NCBI GenBank assembly: GCA_965237675.1
Contig: OZ250150.1
Coordinates: 2,624,001-2,688,000 of the forward strand
DNA length: 64,000 nucleotides
Origin: Candidatus Latescibacterota bacterium
Lineage (GTDB): Bacteria; Latescibacterota; UBA2968; GCA-2709665
Direction: 5' to 3'
The translations under genes and the position numbers were made by a program. Every line of letters begins with the position of its first letter. Within the stretch, counting starts at the first letter, position 1. This document shows, piece by piece, positions 19,628 through 28,663 of this stretch. The notes under the pieces are model-generated. The model was not told the origin of the DNA, did not search any database, and worked only from the letters and a program-made list of their open reading frames with translations.

Positions 19628-20371
19628 TTATCGATATTTGCGGAAGATTTCGACCATTCCGAATATGGCGATGACGAAATCGCGAAACCTGATCTTCGAA
19701 CCGGCCGCGTCGCGCCATTCCGAAAGCGGGACCTCGTACACGATATCCTGCACCTGTGGTCGCTGCGTGCCCGTTCTGGCGCGCCTGAGCCTCGCGATGA
19801 TTTCGACGTCGAAAATCCATCGGGTAACGAAGGGTTCCTGAAACAGGGCCGCCATGCCCTGCGTCACCCGGAAAAGTTTCGCGCCGCATTGTGTGTCATA
19901 AATGTCGACGCGAAGAAAAACGGAGGCCGTGATTGCGAACAACCTGCTCAGACAATGCCTCAACCGGTTGCGCCTGATCGCCCTACCTAATAGACGTACC
20001 CTCGCGCCGAAGGCCATCTCGATGTCCGGCCTGCCTTCGAGGACGTTGCGGAACTCCGGGATGGCGTCCAGTGGCGTCGCGAGGTCCGCATCCCAGAATC
20101 CGACATAGTCGGGGTCGGATTCAAATGCCTTTAGAAAACCCTGCCGTACTGCTTCGCCCTTTCCGGAATTCACGGCGAGGGTATGGAAGTCGAAGGATTC
20201 GGGATCCGACACCCTCAGGCTGAGCAGGACTCCGGACGTGGCATCCGTGCTGCCGTCGTCGACGAACAGAAACCTGATGCCACGCGTCCGTCTCGCGAAT
20301 TCTTGAAATGCCTCAACCGGAAGCCGGCTGGCTTCGTTGTAGCACGGGACGACGATGATCGTTTCCGACAT
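19628..20371 (-). CDS. GT2 polyprenyl-phosphate glycosyltransferase (dolichyl-phosphate beta-glucosyltransferase-like)
   Basis: VVPCYNE, VDDGSTD, NSGKGEAV, FWDADLATP, DTQCGAKLF, WIFDVE. Confidence 0.9.
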   Translation of the reverse strand: MSETIIVVPCYNEASRLPVEAFQEFARRTRGIRFLFVDDGSTDATSGVLLSLRVSDPESFDFHTLAVNSGKGEAVRQGFLKAFESDPDYVGFWDADLATPLDAIPEFRNVLEGRPDIEMAFGARVRLLGRAIRRNRLRHCLSRLFAITASVFLRVDIYDTQCGAKLFRVTQGMAALFQEPFVTRWIFDVEIIARLRRARTGTQRPQVQDIVYEVPLSEWRDAAGSKIRFRDFVIAIFGMVEIFRKYR

Positions 20372-20427
20372 GCGATTTGACTCGTGACGACGTCATGCAG
20401 GCAGCAGCAAGAAAGACAATCAACTCA

Positions 20428-20492
20428 CACAAAGCCACAAAGACACAAAGGGAAAACTCAGCCATCAGCTGTCAGCGTACAGCGGTCAGCCA
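20428..20492 (+). repeat. Short tandem tracts: 3x CACAAAG (8-nt period) and 5x TCAGCNN heptamer
   Basis: cacaaag-c-cacaaag-a-cacaaag at 20428-20450; tcagcca tcagctg tcagcgt acagcgg tcagcca at 20458-20492. Confidence 0.7.
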
Positions 20493-20498
20493 AAAGCG

Positions 20499-20737
20499 GT
20501 ACGACCGCTAATCCACGCAGCGTTCCTTCCCTGTCTGCCTACCGCCCGCACGGCTGTGGAGTGGGGGGTTTTTCCGCGTTATTCCGTTCAGCAACATCGT
20601 ACGCATTCTCCATTGCGGCAGTTCGTGGAAAAACCGGCCCCGTGCCGAACGGCGCCGTTCTTTTTGGTCCTTTTTCTTGGCGTGCAAGAAAAAGGACGAA
20701 GAAAACAAAAAAAGAGAGAAAGGGACATGACCTGACA
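20499..20737 (+). repeat. Dispersed structured repeat, copy 1
   Basis: Homologous to the reverse complement of 51689-51968 and to 57662-57780; stems GGTTTTTCCGCG/CGTGGAAAAACC, GTGCC-GAAC-GGCGC and GTCCTTTTTCTTG/CAAGAAAAAGGAC. Confidence 0.85.
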
Positions 20738-21063
20738 GGCGCCAAGTACAACCCATCATCAGCCATTTTCGATTGTTACCCCGTAACCGGTTCTGCCGTC
20801 TCGGCATTCTGGCAAAATATAGCGTATGGCGATTCGCATGTCAATTGAATCACCCGGCGCGGGTGCGGATCGACTGATGCCCGCACACCCGCTTCCACGG
20901 GTAAGTTTCGGACGACCCGTCGCTATATCAGAAGGTATGGGCGAGGTGGGTTCGTCGTGGATTCGGGACGAACTGCCGGGCTTGACAAAGGGATGCGGAG
21001 GCCGTAGATTTCGCTGGCGGCGGGAAGCACAGGACGCAAGAACGCGAACCGTTGAAATCGGAT

Positions 21064-22353
21064 ATGTTCATGGCCAGGGATGAATATCGGGTCGACGTTG
21101 CGTTTGGCCACGGCAGTGTGTCCATCAGCGCCGACCCCGCGTTGGCCGAATGGGACGTGATTCGCCCATCCTTCGCGGCGGCGATGCCTGACCTGAAACG
21201 TCGTTTTCGGGAAGCGGTAGCGAATCCGGTGGCGTCTGACCCGCTCGGCAATCTGGTTTCACCCCGTGACAGGGTCGTCATTGTGACGTCCGACGGCACC
21301 CGCGCGGTGCCCAACCGGCAGTTGATTCCGTGGATTCTGGACGTCCTGCCGGTGCCCGACGAGAATGTCACTGTGTTGCTGGGAAACGGGACCCATCGGG
21401 CAAATACGGATGAAGAAATCGCCGGGATGTTCGGCAGGGAGATTGCCACGCGGTTGCGGATTCTGAATCACGACGCGTACGACCCAAAAAAAAACGTGTA
21501 TCTGGGTAAGTCTGCCTGCGGGACGGAGGTGTGGCTGGATAGGGCGTATATAGAAGCGGACAAGCGGATTGTGCTGGGATTTATAGAGCCCCATTTCTTT
21601 GCGGGCTTTTCAGGCGGACCAAAGGGCGTCGCGCCGGGGGTGGCGGGAATTGAGACAATTTATCGTCTGCATCGGTCGGAATTGATCGCGGATCCGATGA
21701 GTACCTGGGGTGTCCTGGACCAGAACCCCCTGCAACGGGAGGTCCGCGAAGCCGTGGCGCTTTGTCCGCCGGATTTCCTGGTGAACGTGACGCTGAATGG
21801 AGAAAAAGCGATATCGGGATTTCATGTGGGGAACTATCTGGCGGCGCATCAGCGGGGGTGCGTCTTCGCGAGGGCGGCTTCCATGGCGCCTGTGGAGAAG
21901 CCGTTCCAGGTCGTGCTGACTTCGAATAGCGGTTACCCGCTGGATCAGAACCTGTACCAGGCCGTAAAGGGCATGTCGGCGGCTGCCCGCATCGTGGAAG
22001 ACGGCGGGACCGTGCTTGTCGCGAGCGAGTGCAGCGACGGGGTCCCGGATCACGGAAACTTCGCCGAATTGATGCGTGCCGGCGCCGCGCCGCGGGACGT
22101 CCTGCAGGCCGTGCACGACCGGGAACCCATTCCGGACCAGTGGCAGGCGCAGACCCTGGCGGCGATCCTGGAGCGGGTTGAAGTCGGGGTTTATTCCGAT
22201 ATGGACAGGGCCGATATCGAGGCGTGCAAACTGGACGCCGTGGCAGATCTGGACGCAACCCTTCGGGAAACGGTCCGGGCGATTGGCGGCGAAGCACGGG
22301 TGGCGGTGCTGCCGGACGGCCCGTTGACGATTCCATATCTATCTGAACCATAG
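21064..22353 (+). CDS. larA: Nickel-pincer-dependent lactate racemase family protein (LarA homolog)
   Basis: SDGTR, GNGTHR, NHD, IEPHFFAGFSGGPK, GYPLDQNLYQAVKGM, ECSDG, DQWQAQ; start 21064 or 21070. Confidence 0.9.
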   Translation: MFMARDEYRVDVAFGHGSVSISADPALAEWDVIRPSFAAAMPDLKRRFREAVANPVASDPLGNLVSPRDRVVIVTSDGTRAVPNRQLIPWILDVLPVPDENVTVLLGNGTHRANTDEEIAGMFGREIATRLRILNHDAYDPKKNVYLGKSACGTEVWLDRAYIEADKRIVLGFIEPHFFAGFSGGPKGVAPGVAGIETIYRLHRSELIADPMSTWGVLDQNPLQREVREAVALCPPDFLVNVTLNGEKAISGFHVGNYLAAHQRGCVFARAASMAPVEKPFQVVLTSNSGYPLDQNLYQAVKGMSAAARIVEDGGTVLVASECSDGVPDHGNFAELMRAGAAPRDVLQAVHDREPIPDQWQAQTLAAILERVEVGVYSDMDRADIEACKLDAVADLDATLRETVRAIGGEARVAVLPDGPLTIPYLSEP

Positions 22354-22529
22354 CAGCCCGTTGAAAAAGTCCATCCGGCCTCGCCTGCAGAGCAACTTTA
22401 TCAACGGACTGATAGAGAGGATCGACACGATTCAGGACCGGATGTTCGTTCCGCGCCTGGACCGCGGACTTCACAAGGCTGCCGATGATGCGTGGAATGC
22501 GAAGGAATCCTTCGGAAAGGGATTTGTAC

Positions 22530-25067
22530 ATGCCGGAACAAATGGCAATCAGGTTGCAGGTGGTTGAGTCTGAGGGCGTTGCGCGTCGCAATTGGCCGGT
22601 CACGCGGGGGATCCCGCTTCCCAGGGGTGCTGTTCAGGATCCGGCCTTATTGGGGGTGAAAGATGAGGACGATCGCCCGGTATCCGCCCAGTTCCGTGTG
22701 TTGTGTCGATGGCCTGACGCAAGTTTAAAGTGGGTTCTAACGGATTTCCAGGCGGATATACCGCCCGGCGGCAAGTCGCTTTATTCCGTGTCTTGGGATG
22801 GCGACCGGGTTGGCCAGGCCGGTGGGGTCCGCGTTCAAGAGGACGGCGACAAATTGATTGTATGTACGGGCCCCCTCCGGTTCGAGGTGAATCGCAAACG
22901 GTTTACCCTCGTGGAAAATGTGGCGCTGGGGCGGACGGAACCGGACGGCGAGTTTACGCCGAAAGAGGAAGTGGCAACCTGTGGAGGGGACGCCTGGGTG
23001 CGCATCCGCGAGTCGTTTCTGGACGACGAGGGCAGGCGGTACATCTACGGGATGGGCGGCGATTGCCTGGCTTCCCTGGCAGACGCCGTCTACGACGTGC
23101 GCGTGGAGGAAGCCGGTCCGCTCAGGGTGGTAATCCGGTGTGAGGGCGCCTTCGAGGCCGATCTGCCGATGCACCACTATTCGGGGTATCGGCCGTTTCG
23201 TTTCGTGACACGAATTTACGCCTACGCGGGCCGGACCGAGTTGCGCGTACTGCACACCGTGGTTGCGGCGTGCAATCCGAGAGAGACGGAAGTGGAGGAA
23301 ATTGCATTGCGAGTCCCGGTCTCTCTCTCGGGTGCGGTGAACTACCGGGTTTCCGCGAGTCGGGAGATCGCCGGTGTGGCAACCGCCGGTGAATCGCTGT
23401 TGCTTTCCCAGCGGCTTCACAATCACTTTCGTCTGGACCGGCGTCAGGGCCAGCGCACAAGAACACTTTCCGAAGGAGACCGGACGGAGGGCTGGATCGC
23501 CTGCGAAGACAGCCGGGTGGGCGTTGGCGTCGGTCTGCGGTATATGCCCGAGGAATACCCGAAGGCACTGGGCGTTTCCGGGATGGGCGGCGGAATCGAC
23601 GTGTATTGCTGGAAAGATCCCGACGGGAAATGCCTTTCGCTGAAACGGTATTCGGAGGCCGTGGCCTGGGATGAAGGCGAGGGGGTCTATGCGGATGGCA
23701 CCGGTACGTCCAAAACGACCGAGTTCTTTGTCTGTTTCTACCGGGTATCGGATAGCGACGGCGTCCCTGATCGCCTGAGAGGATGGCTCCACTCGCCGCA
23801 TGTATCGGTGGATCCGGTATCGATGGCGGTCTGTGAAGCCACGGGAGGGTTCCAACCCTTTGACGAAGGTCGTTTTCCGAAATCCGAGCGGATGATGGCG
23901 GCCTTCGTTGAATGGCTGCAGCGGAATATCGAACTGGGCGGCTGGTACGGTTTTCTTGACTGGGGCGATGCGCTGGTGGCGTGGGACCAGAGTACGGACG
24001 ACTGGCGCTTTTACGGCCGGTGGGGGTGGTGCAACAGCGAGTGGGATCCACGGCATGGGGTGTGGGTGCAATACATGCGCACCGGCGATCCCCGGTATTT
24101 TCTGCTCGCCGAAGCGATGACGCGCCACTCGATGGACGTGGACACATGCCATTACCACCCGTTCAGACCCTATATGGTGGGTGGCTGTTTCCGCCATAGC
24201 GTGGACCATTTCGGTGATGAGAGTTGTGCGTCCCATACGTTTCTGGACGGGTGGATGGACTATTACTACCTGACGGGTGACCTGCGGACGCTCGAGGTGA
24301 TCCGGGAGGCTGGCGAGTTTCTGTTGCGATACCGTTGGACGGAAGATCCGGCATTCAGTTTCAGCTTGCGTAGCATTTCAAATGCACTGCGCGGTCTGCT
24401 ATATGTGTATGAAGCCACGGGCGAGGAGCGGTTCATGTCGCGTGCGTTGGCGGTGTACGAGGCGATCGCACGAGGTCAGAACGAGGATGGAAGCTGGCAC
24501 AAGCGGTTTCAGATCTCCACCGTGGACCGGCTGTCGGACCAGGGGCCGTACGGAATGGCCACGGAGGGCACGACACTGGCCGTCGAGATGGGCACGGCGC
24601 CTCCGTTTACCGATGCCGAGTTTCGTAAGCTGAGAGGGGATGCGAAGTCGGTAAACCGGGTTCTGCCTGTGTCCGAACAGAAAGGGTACCAGACCCACTA
24701 TCTGATGGTGGGGTTGGAACTGTTGCACCGCCTCACGGATCGGGAAGACGTGGCGGAGGTCTACCACCGGGCCGTGGATTGGTTCTGTGGGTATCCGGAC
24801 GGGCTGAATGCGGAAAAAGCCATCCAACAGCGATACGGTGGAATCGTTTGCAGGCACCTGGGTTACGCGTTCAGGCTGACGGGAAATCGGAAATACCTGG
24901 AGATTGGTCAGGAGGTTCTGAAAGTATTGATCGCGGGCCAGGATTGGGGGGACGATCCCAAGCGCAGGGGAGCGGTCGAAATGAGCCCCATGTACATCAG
25001 TTTGCTGTTTTTTGGCGTGCCCTACCTCCTCGGGGCGCTGTCGGATGCGGAACTGGGAGAAGAATGA
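22530..25067 (+). CDS. Exo-rhamnogalacturonan lyase-like protein (PcRGLX/YetA family)
   Basis: PVTRGIPLPRG...WPDASLKW N-terminal barrel; WYGFLDWGD, WCNSE, AEAMTRHSMDVD, YYYLTGD. Confidence 0.75.
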   Translation: MPEQMAIRLQVVESEGVARRNWPVTRGIPLPRGAVQDPALLGVKDEDDRPVSAQFRVLCRWPDASLKWVLTDFQADIPPGGKSLYSVSWDGDRVGQAGGVRVQEDGDKLIVCTGPLRFEVNRKRFTLVENVALGRTEPDGEFTPKEEVATCGGDAWVRIRESFLDDEGRRYIYGMGGDCLASLADAVYDVRVEEAGPLRVVIRCEGAFEADLPMHHYSGYRPFRFVTRIYAYAGRTELRVLHTVVAACNPRETEVEEIALRVPVSLSGAVNYRVSASREIAGVATAGESLLLSQRLHNHFRLDRRQGQRTRTLSEGDRTEGWIACEDSRVGVGVGLRYMPEEYPKALGVSGMGGGIDVYCWKDPDGKCLSLKRYSEAVAWDEGEGVYADGTGTSKTTEFFVCFYRVSDSDGVPDRLRGWLHSPHVSVDPVSMAVCEATGGFQPFDEGRFPKSERMMAAFVEWLQRNIELGGWYGFLDWGDALVAWDQSTDDWRFYGRWGWCNSEWDPRHGVWVQYMRTGDPRYFLLAEAMTRHSMDVDTCHYHPFRPYMVGGCFRHSVDHFGDESCASHTFLDGWMDYYYLTGDLRTLEVIREAGEFLLRYRWTEDPAFSFSLRSISNALRGLLYVYEATGEERFMSRALAVYEAIARGQNEDGSWHKRFQISTVDRLSDQGPYGMATEGTTLAVEMGTAPPFTDAEFRKLRGDAKSVNRVLPVSEQKGYQTHYLMVGLELLHRLTDREDVAEVYHRAVDWFCGYPDGLNAEKAIQQRYGGIVCRHLGYAFRLTGNRKYLEIGQEVLKVLIAGQDWGDDPKRRGAVEMSPMYISLLFFGVPYLLGALSDAELGEE

Positions 25068-25267
25068 CGTCAATTGAAGCGGACATCGCCGCGCAGCCGA
25101 CGCATTACCTGTAACGAAGTACCGGATGAACGGAAGCGGAAGTACGTCATTGAACACCAATCGAGAGGAGGTCGGTGAGGGCGATCGAGTCCGGCGCCCC
25201 AATGCGCAGTGGCGTCTCGGGAATCCGGGAACTTGCAGATGTTTACCAACGAATGGAGGTCGGTAAG

Positions 25268-26356
25268 ATGGCAGGCAGGGGGCGAATTCGGGTTGGCATT
25301 CTCGGTCAGGGACGCAGCGGTCGGGATATCCATGCGGAGTGGCTGTCCCGGCCGCCCGCGAAATACCGGATTGTGGCCGTGTCGGATCTGCTGCGGGACC
25401 GCCGTGACCGCGCGGTACGTGAGTTTGAATGTGATGCGTATGCTGATTATAAGGAGCTACTGGCACGGCAGGACGTCGACCTGATTGTCAACGCGTTGCC
25501 CAGCCATCTGCATACACAAAGTACCGTGGAAGCCTTTGGAGAAGGTCACCATGTTGTCTGCGAAAAACCCCTGGCGGTCAGCACCGGAGGCTTCCGGCGA
25601 ATGGTGGCGGCGTCCGGGCGGGCAGGCAGGGTGTTCGCACCGTTTCAGCAGTCGAGATACGCACCGCAATTTCAGCAGATACGCAGGGTGATCGATTCCG
25701 GCGTGCTGGGGCGAATCGTCCAGATCCGGATTGCGTTCAACGGGTTCGCGCGCCGATGGGACTGGCAGACGCTGCAGGAATTCAAAGGCGGTAACCTTCT
25801 GAATACGGGGCCGCATCCGATGGACCAGGCCCTGTGTCTGCTGGATTGGAAAAAGCCCGCTGTGCATTGCATCATGGACCGCACGAATACGTGGGGAGAC
25901 GCGGAGGATCATGTAAAGGTGCTGTTGCGGCGGAAAGGATCTCCCACGGTCGATCTGGAGATATCCTCGTGCGACGCCTATTCCGGAGATATGTATCACG
26001 TTTACGGTACGCGGGGCGGGCTGACGGGCGGATCCGACGGGATCCGCTGGCGGTTTTTCGATCCCGAGGCGGCGCCGGAACAGCGGCTCTTGCGATCCCC
26101 GCTTCCGGGTCCGAGCTATTGCAGAGAGACGTTGCCCTGGACGGAGAAGACGTGGACGCCCAATGAAGAGGAGAAGGATGCGTTCACGTTTATGTCCAGA
26201 GCGTTCTACGATCATATCTACAGGGTCCTGAACGAGGGCGCGCCGTTGTTCATCACGCCGAAGCAGGTCGCCGTGCAGGTGGCGGTGATGGAGGAATGCC
26301 ACCGGCAGAATCCCCTGTCCAGGTGGCGGCCAAAAGGCTGGAAAAAAGAAAGTTAG
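25268..26356 (+). CDS. Gfo/Idh/MocA family oxidoreductase
   Basis: GILGQGRSG, ALPSHLH, VVCEKP, RRWDWQT, GGNLLNTGPHPMDQA. Confidence 0.9.
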   Translation: MAGRGRIRVGILGQGRSGRDIHAEWLSRPPAKYRIVAVSDLLRDRRDRAVREFECDAYADYKELLARQDVDLIVNALPSHLHTQSTVEAFGEGHHVVCEKPLAVSTGGFRRMVAASGRAGRVFAPFQQSRYAPQFQQIRRVIDSGVLGRIVQIRIAFNGFARRWDWQTLQEFKGGNLLNTGPHPMDQALCLLDWKKPAVHCIMDRTNTWGDAEDHVKVLLRRKGSPTVDLEISSCDAYSGDMYHVYGTRGGLTGGSDGIRWRFFDPEAAPEQRLLRSPLPGPSYCRETLPWTEKTWTPNEEEKDAFTFMSRAFYDHIYRVLNEGAPLFITPKQVAVQVAVMEECHRQNPLSRWRPKGWKKES

Positions 26357-26380
26357 TCACGTCGTGCAAAGGGGTTCCGT

Positions 26381-27481
26381 ATGGCGAATACCTATCGAAC
26401 GGTCCTTGTGGGTTGTGGAGGGATGGGGCGCCAGCACCTGAACATCCTTCGGGAAATGCCCGAATTCGAGGTTGTGGGTGTCTGTGACGTGTTTGCCGAA
26501 GCGCTCCAACAGACAGGAAAAACATACGGGGTGTCATCGCGTTTTTCGGATTTCGAACGGATGTACGACGAAACGCATCCCGATCTCGTCGTAGTGGCCA
26601 CCCAGACCCGGGGGCATCGCGCGCCCGCGGTGGCGGCGCTGCAGCGCGGGATATCGGTGCTTTGCGAGAAGCCGATCGCCATCGATCCCGCCGAGGCGGA
26701 CGAAATGGTTGCGGCGGCCTGCGCATCGGGCGCAAGGCTGGCGGTCAACCATCAGAGCCACGTGAGTTCAGCAGTATTGACCGCGCGTGACATGGTTCGC
26801 AGAGGGGATATCGGTCAGGTCGTGCTCGTGCGCGGACGGAACAAGAGCGGGCGCCGGAGCGGTAACGAATTTATGGAAATGGGGACCCACGTAACCGATA
26901 TGATGATGCGCTTCGGCGGTGCGCCTTTGTGGTGTTCCGGCACCGTCTATTTTCAGGGACGTCTGGCGGACGTGAACGACGTCATGGAAGCAAAGGAGAT
27001 GTCGCCGCGGGACCGCGATTCCGGCCCTGTAGCGGGCGACCGGACAACGGCCCAGTACGGCTTCGAGGGCGGTATTCTGGGAGAAATTCACTTCCTGGGA
27101 TTCAAGGCGCCGCTGAGCGAGAACTACGGCGTGGACGTTATCGGAACCGACGGGCAACTGTCGGTCCGTGCTTCGGGCAGCGTTGCGCATGCCCTCTGGC
27201 ATCTTCCCAGACCCATGGAAGGGCTGCCCGGCGGCCAGGGAGGCTGGAAGCCCGTCGTGTCCGGCGAATCGGAGGACGGAAACGCCATTGCCAGGATGTA
27301 CCGCCGCGTGGCGGCAGCGATTGAATCAGGGACGGAACCGCCGTCGAGCGGCGAAGACGGTCGAACGGCTTTCGAGATGATTCTGGGCATTTATCAGTCA
27401 CACAGGGAAGGCGGGCGCCGGGTCGCGTTGCCGCTCTCAGATCGTCGGCATCCCCTGGATGTGTGGCGAAGCGAAACTTAA
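26381..27481 (+). CDS. Gfo/Idh/MocA family oxidoreductase
   Basis: LVGCGGMG, VLCEKP, LAVNHQ, MGTHVTD. Confidence 0.9.
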   Translation: MANTYRTVLVGCGGMGRQHLNILREMPEFEVVGVCDVFAEALQQTGKTYGVSSRFSDFERMYDETHPDLVVVATQTRGHRAPAVAALQRGISVLCEKPIAIDPAEADEMVAAACASGARLAVNHQSHVSSAVLTARDMVRRGDIGQVVLVRGRNKSGRRSGNEFMEMGTHVTDMMMRFGGAPLWCSGTVYFQGRLADVNDVMEAKEMSPRDRDSGPVAGDRTTAQYGFEGGILGEIHFLGFKAPLSENYGVDVIGTDGQLSVRASGSVAHALWHLPRPMEGLPGGQGGWKPVVSGESEDGNAIARMYRRVAAAIESGTEPPSSGEDGRTAFEMILGIYQSHREGGRRVALPLSDRRHPLDVWRSET

Positions 27482-27500
27482 GATATGAGTCGGAATAGAC

Positions 27501-28574
27501 ATGCCGATTGCCGATAGCGTCAGGAAGGCCAGGGACGAACTGGATGCCCACGTGCGGGAAACCGTGGCCTGGCATTTCAATCCGGACACGGGCTGCCCGT
27601 TCTGGTTGGAATTCGCTGAGGAGCTGGATTTCGATCCGCGCAAGGAGATCGGCGGATTTGCGGATCTGAAGATTCTGGGACATTTTCAGGACGACTGGCT
27701 GCGCGGCGGACCCGTACGCCGGTGGATTCCCCGGGGAAGCGCAGGGAAGCGGACGTATGTTTTCGAGACGGGCGGATCCACCGGGGTGCCGAAATACCGG
27801 ATCAGTCAGGAAGATTTCCAGATCGACTACGAGATGTTCAGCAGGCACCTTTCAAACGAGACGTTTCCCAGGGGGGCGGACTGGCTGATGCTGGGTCCCA
27901 CGGGACCGAGGCGGCTGCGGCTGGCGGTTGAATATCTGTGCCAGATCCGCGGCGGGATCTGTTTCCTGGTGGACCTGGATCCCCGGTGGGTGAATAAACT
28001 GATCGTGCGTGGCGCGCTCCAGGAACTGGACCTCTACAAAGCGCACGTGATCGACCAGGCGCTGACCATTTTGCGGGCGAACGACAATGTGAAGTGTATG
28101 TTCACAACCCCCAAGCTTCTCGAAGCGATCTGCGAAAAGATTTCGTTGGAAAAGGTCGGGATATCGGGGATTTTCTGCGGTGGGACCGAGATGGACGCGC
28201 AATTCAACCGATTCGCCAGGGAGGAATTGGTTCCCGGTATCGATTTTGTGCCGACATACGGAAATACATTGATGGGGTTGGCTTATTCCAAACCGCTGGA
28301 GCCCGCGGACAATTACGCCATTACCTATTATCCGCCGGTGCCCAGGGCGGTTATCGAGTTGGCGGACCCCGAAAATCCGGACGAACCGGTGGCATACAAC
28401 GCCGTTGGCAGGGTGATGTTGACGACGCTGACCCGGGAGTTTTTCATGCCGAGGTTTCTGGAACGGGACCAGGGAGAGCGGGCGGAACCCAGCGAAAGGT
28501 TTCCATGGGACGGGGTACGAAATCTGGGTCTGTTCTCCGAGATGCAGGAGTCGGTCGTCGTCGGGGTTTACTAG
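27501..28574 (+). CDS. EhpF-like adenylate-forming enzyme (ANL superfamily, phenazine-tailoring type)
   Basis: WHFNPDTGCPFW, P-loop ETGGSTGVPK, GPTGP, DLDPRWV, TTPKLLE, YGNTLMG, RFLERD, as I recall them for EhpF/EsmD2-type proteins. Confidence 0.7.
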   Translation: MPIADSVRKARDELDAHVRETVAWHFNPDTGCPFWLEFAEELDFDPRKEIGGFADLKILGHFQDDWLRGGPVRRWIPRGSAGKRTYVFETGGSTGVPKYRISQEDFQIDYEMFSRHLSNETFPRGADWLMLGPTGPRRLRLAVEYLCQIRGGICFLVDLDPRWVNKLIVRGALQELDLYKAHVIDQALTILRANDNVKCMFTTPKLLEAICEKISLEKVGISGIFCGGTEMDAQFNRFAREELVPGIDFVPTYGNTLMGLAYSKPLEPADNYAITYYPPVPRAVIELADPENPDEPVAYNAVGRVMLTTLTREFFMPRFLERDQGERAEPSERFPWDGVRNLGLFSEMQESVVVGVY

Positions 28575-28663
28575 GCGGCCCTCTGTCGCTGTCTTCCGGT
28601 CGGGGCGGACGACGGGAATCGCGCCTCGCTTCCGGGTTACGGTGAACGCACCAGGAGGTTGGC

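Noticed and set aside
20384-20848. ORFs over the repeats (20384-20848, 20508-20807, 51682-51864, 57620-58144, 58629-59168)
   Set aside because: Their shared peptide snippets come from translating the non-coding repeats; there is no consistent start, stop or frame
22352-22370. AGCAGCCCGTTGAAAAAGT as an IS or MITE end
   Set aside because: No matching inverted partner or transposase nearby
22737-24236. Long antisense ORFs (e.g. 22737-24236, 53727-54992, 4266-5351, 12275-13318)
   Set aside because: Shadows of real genes on the opposite strand in GC-rich DNA; no motifs
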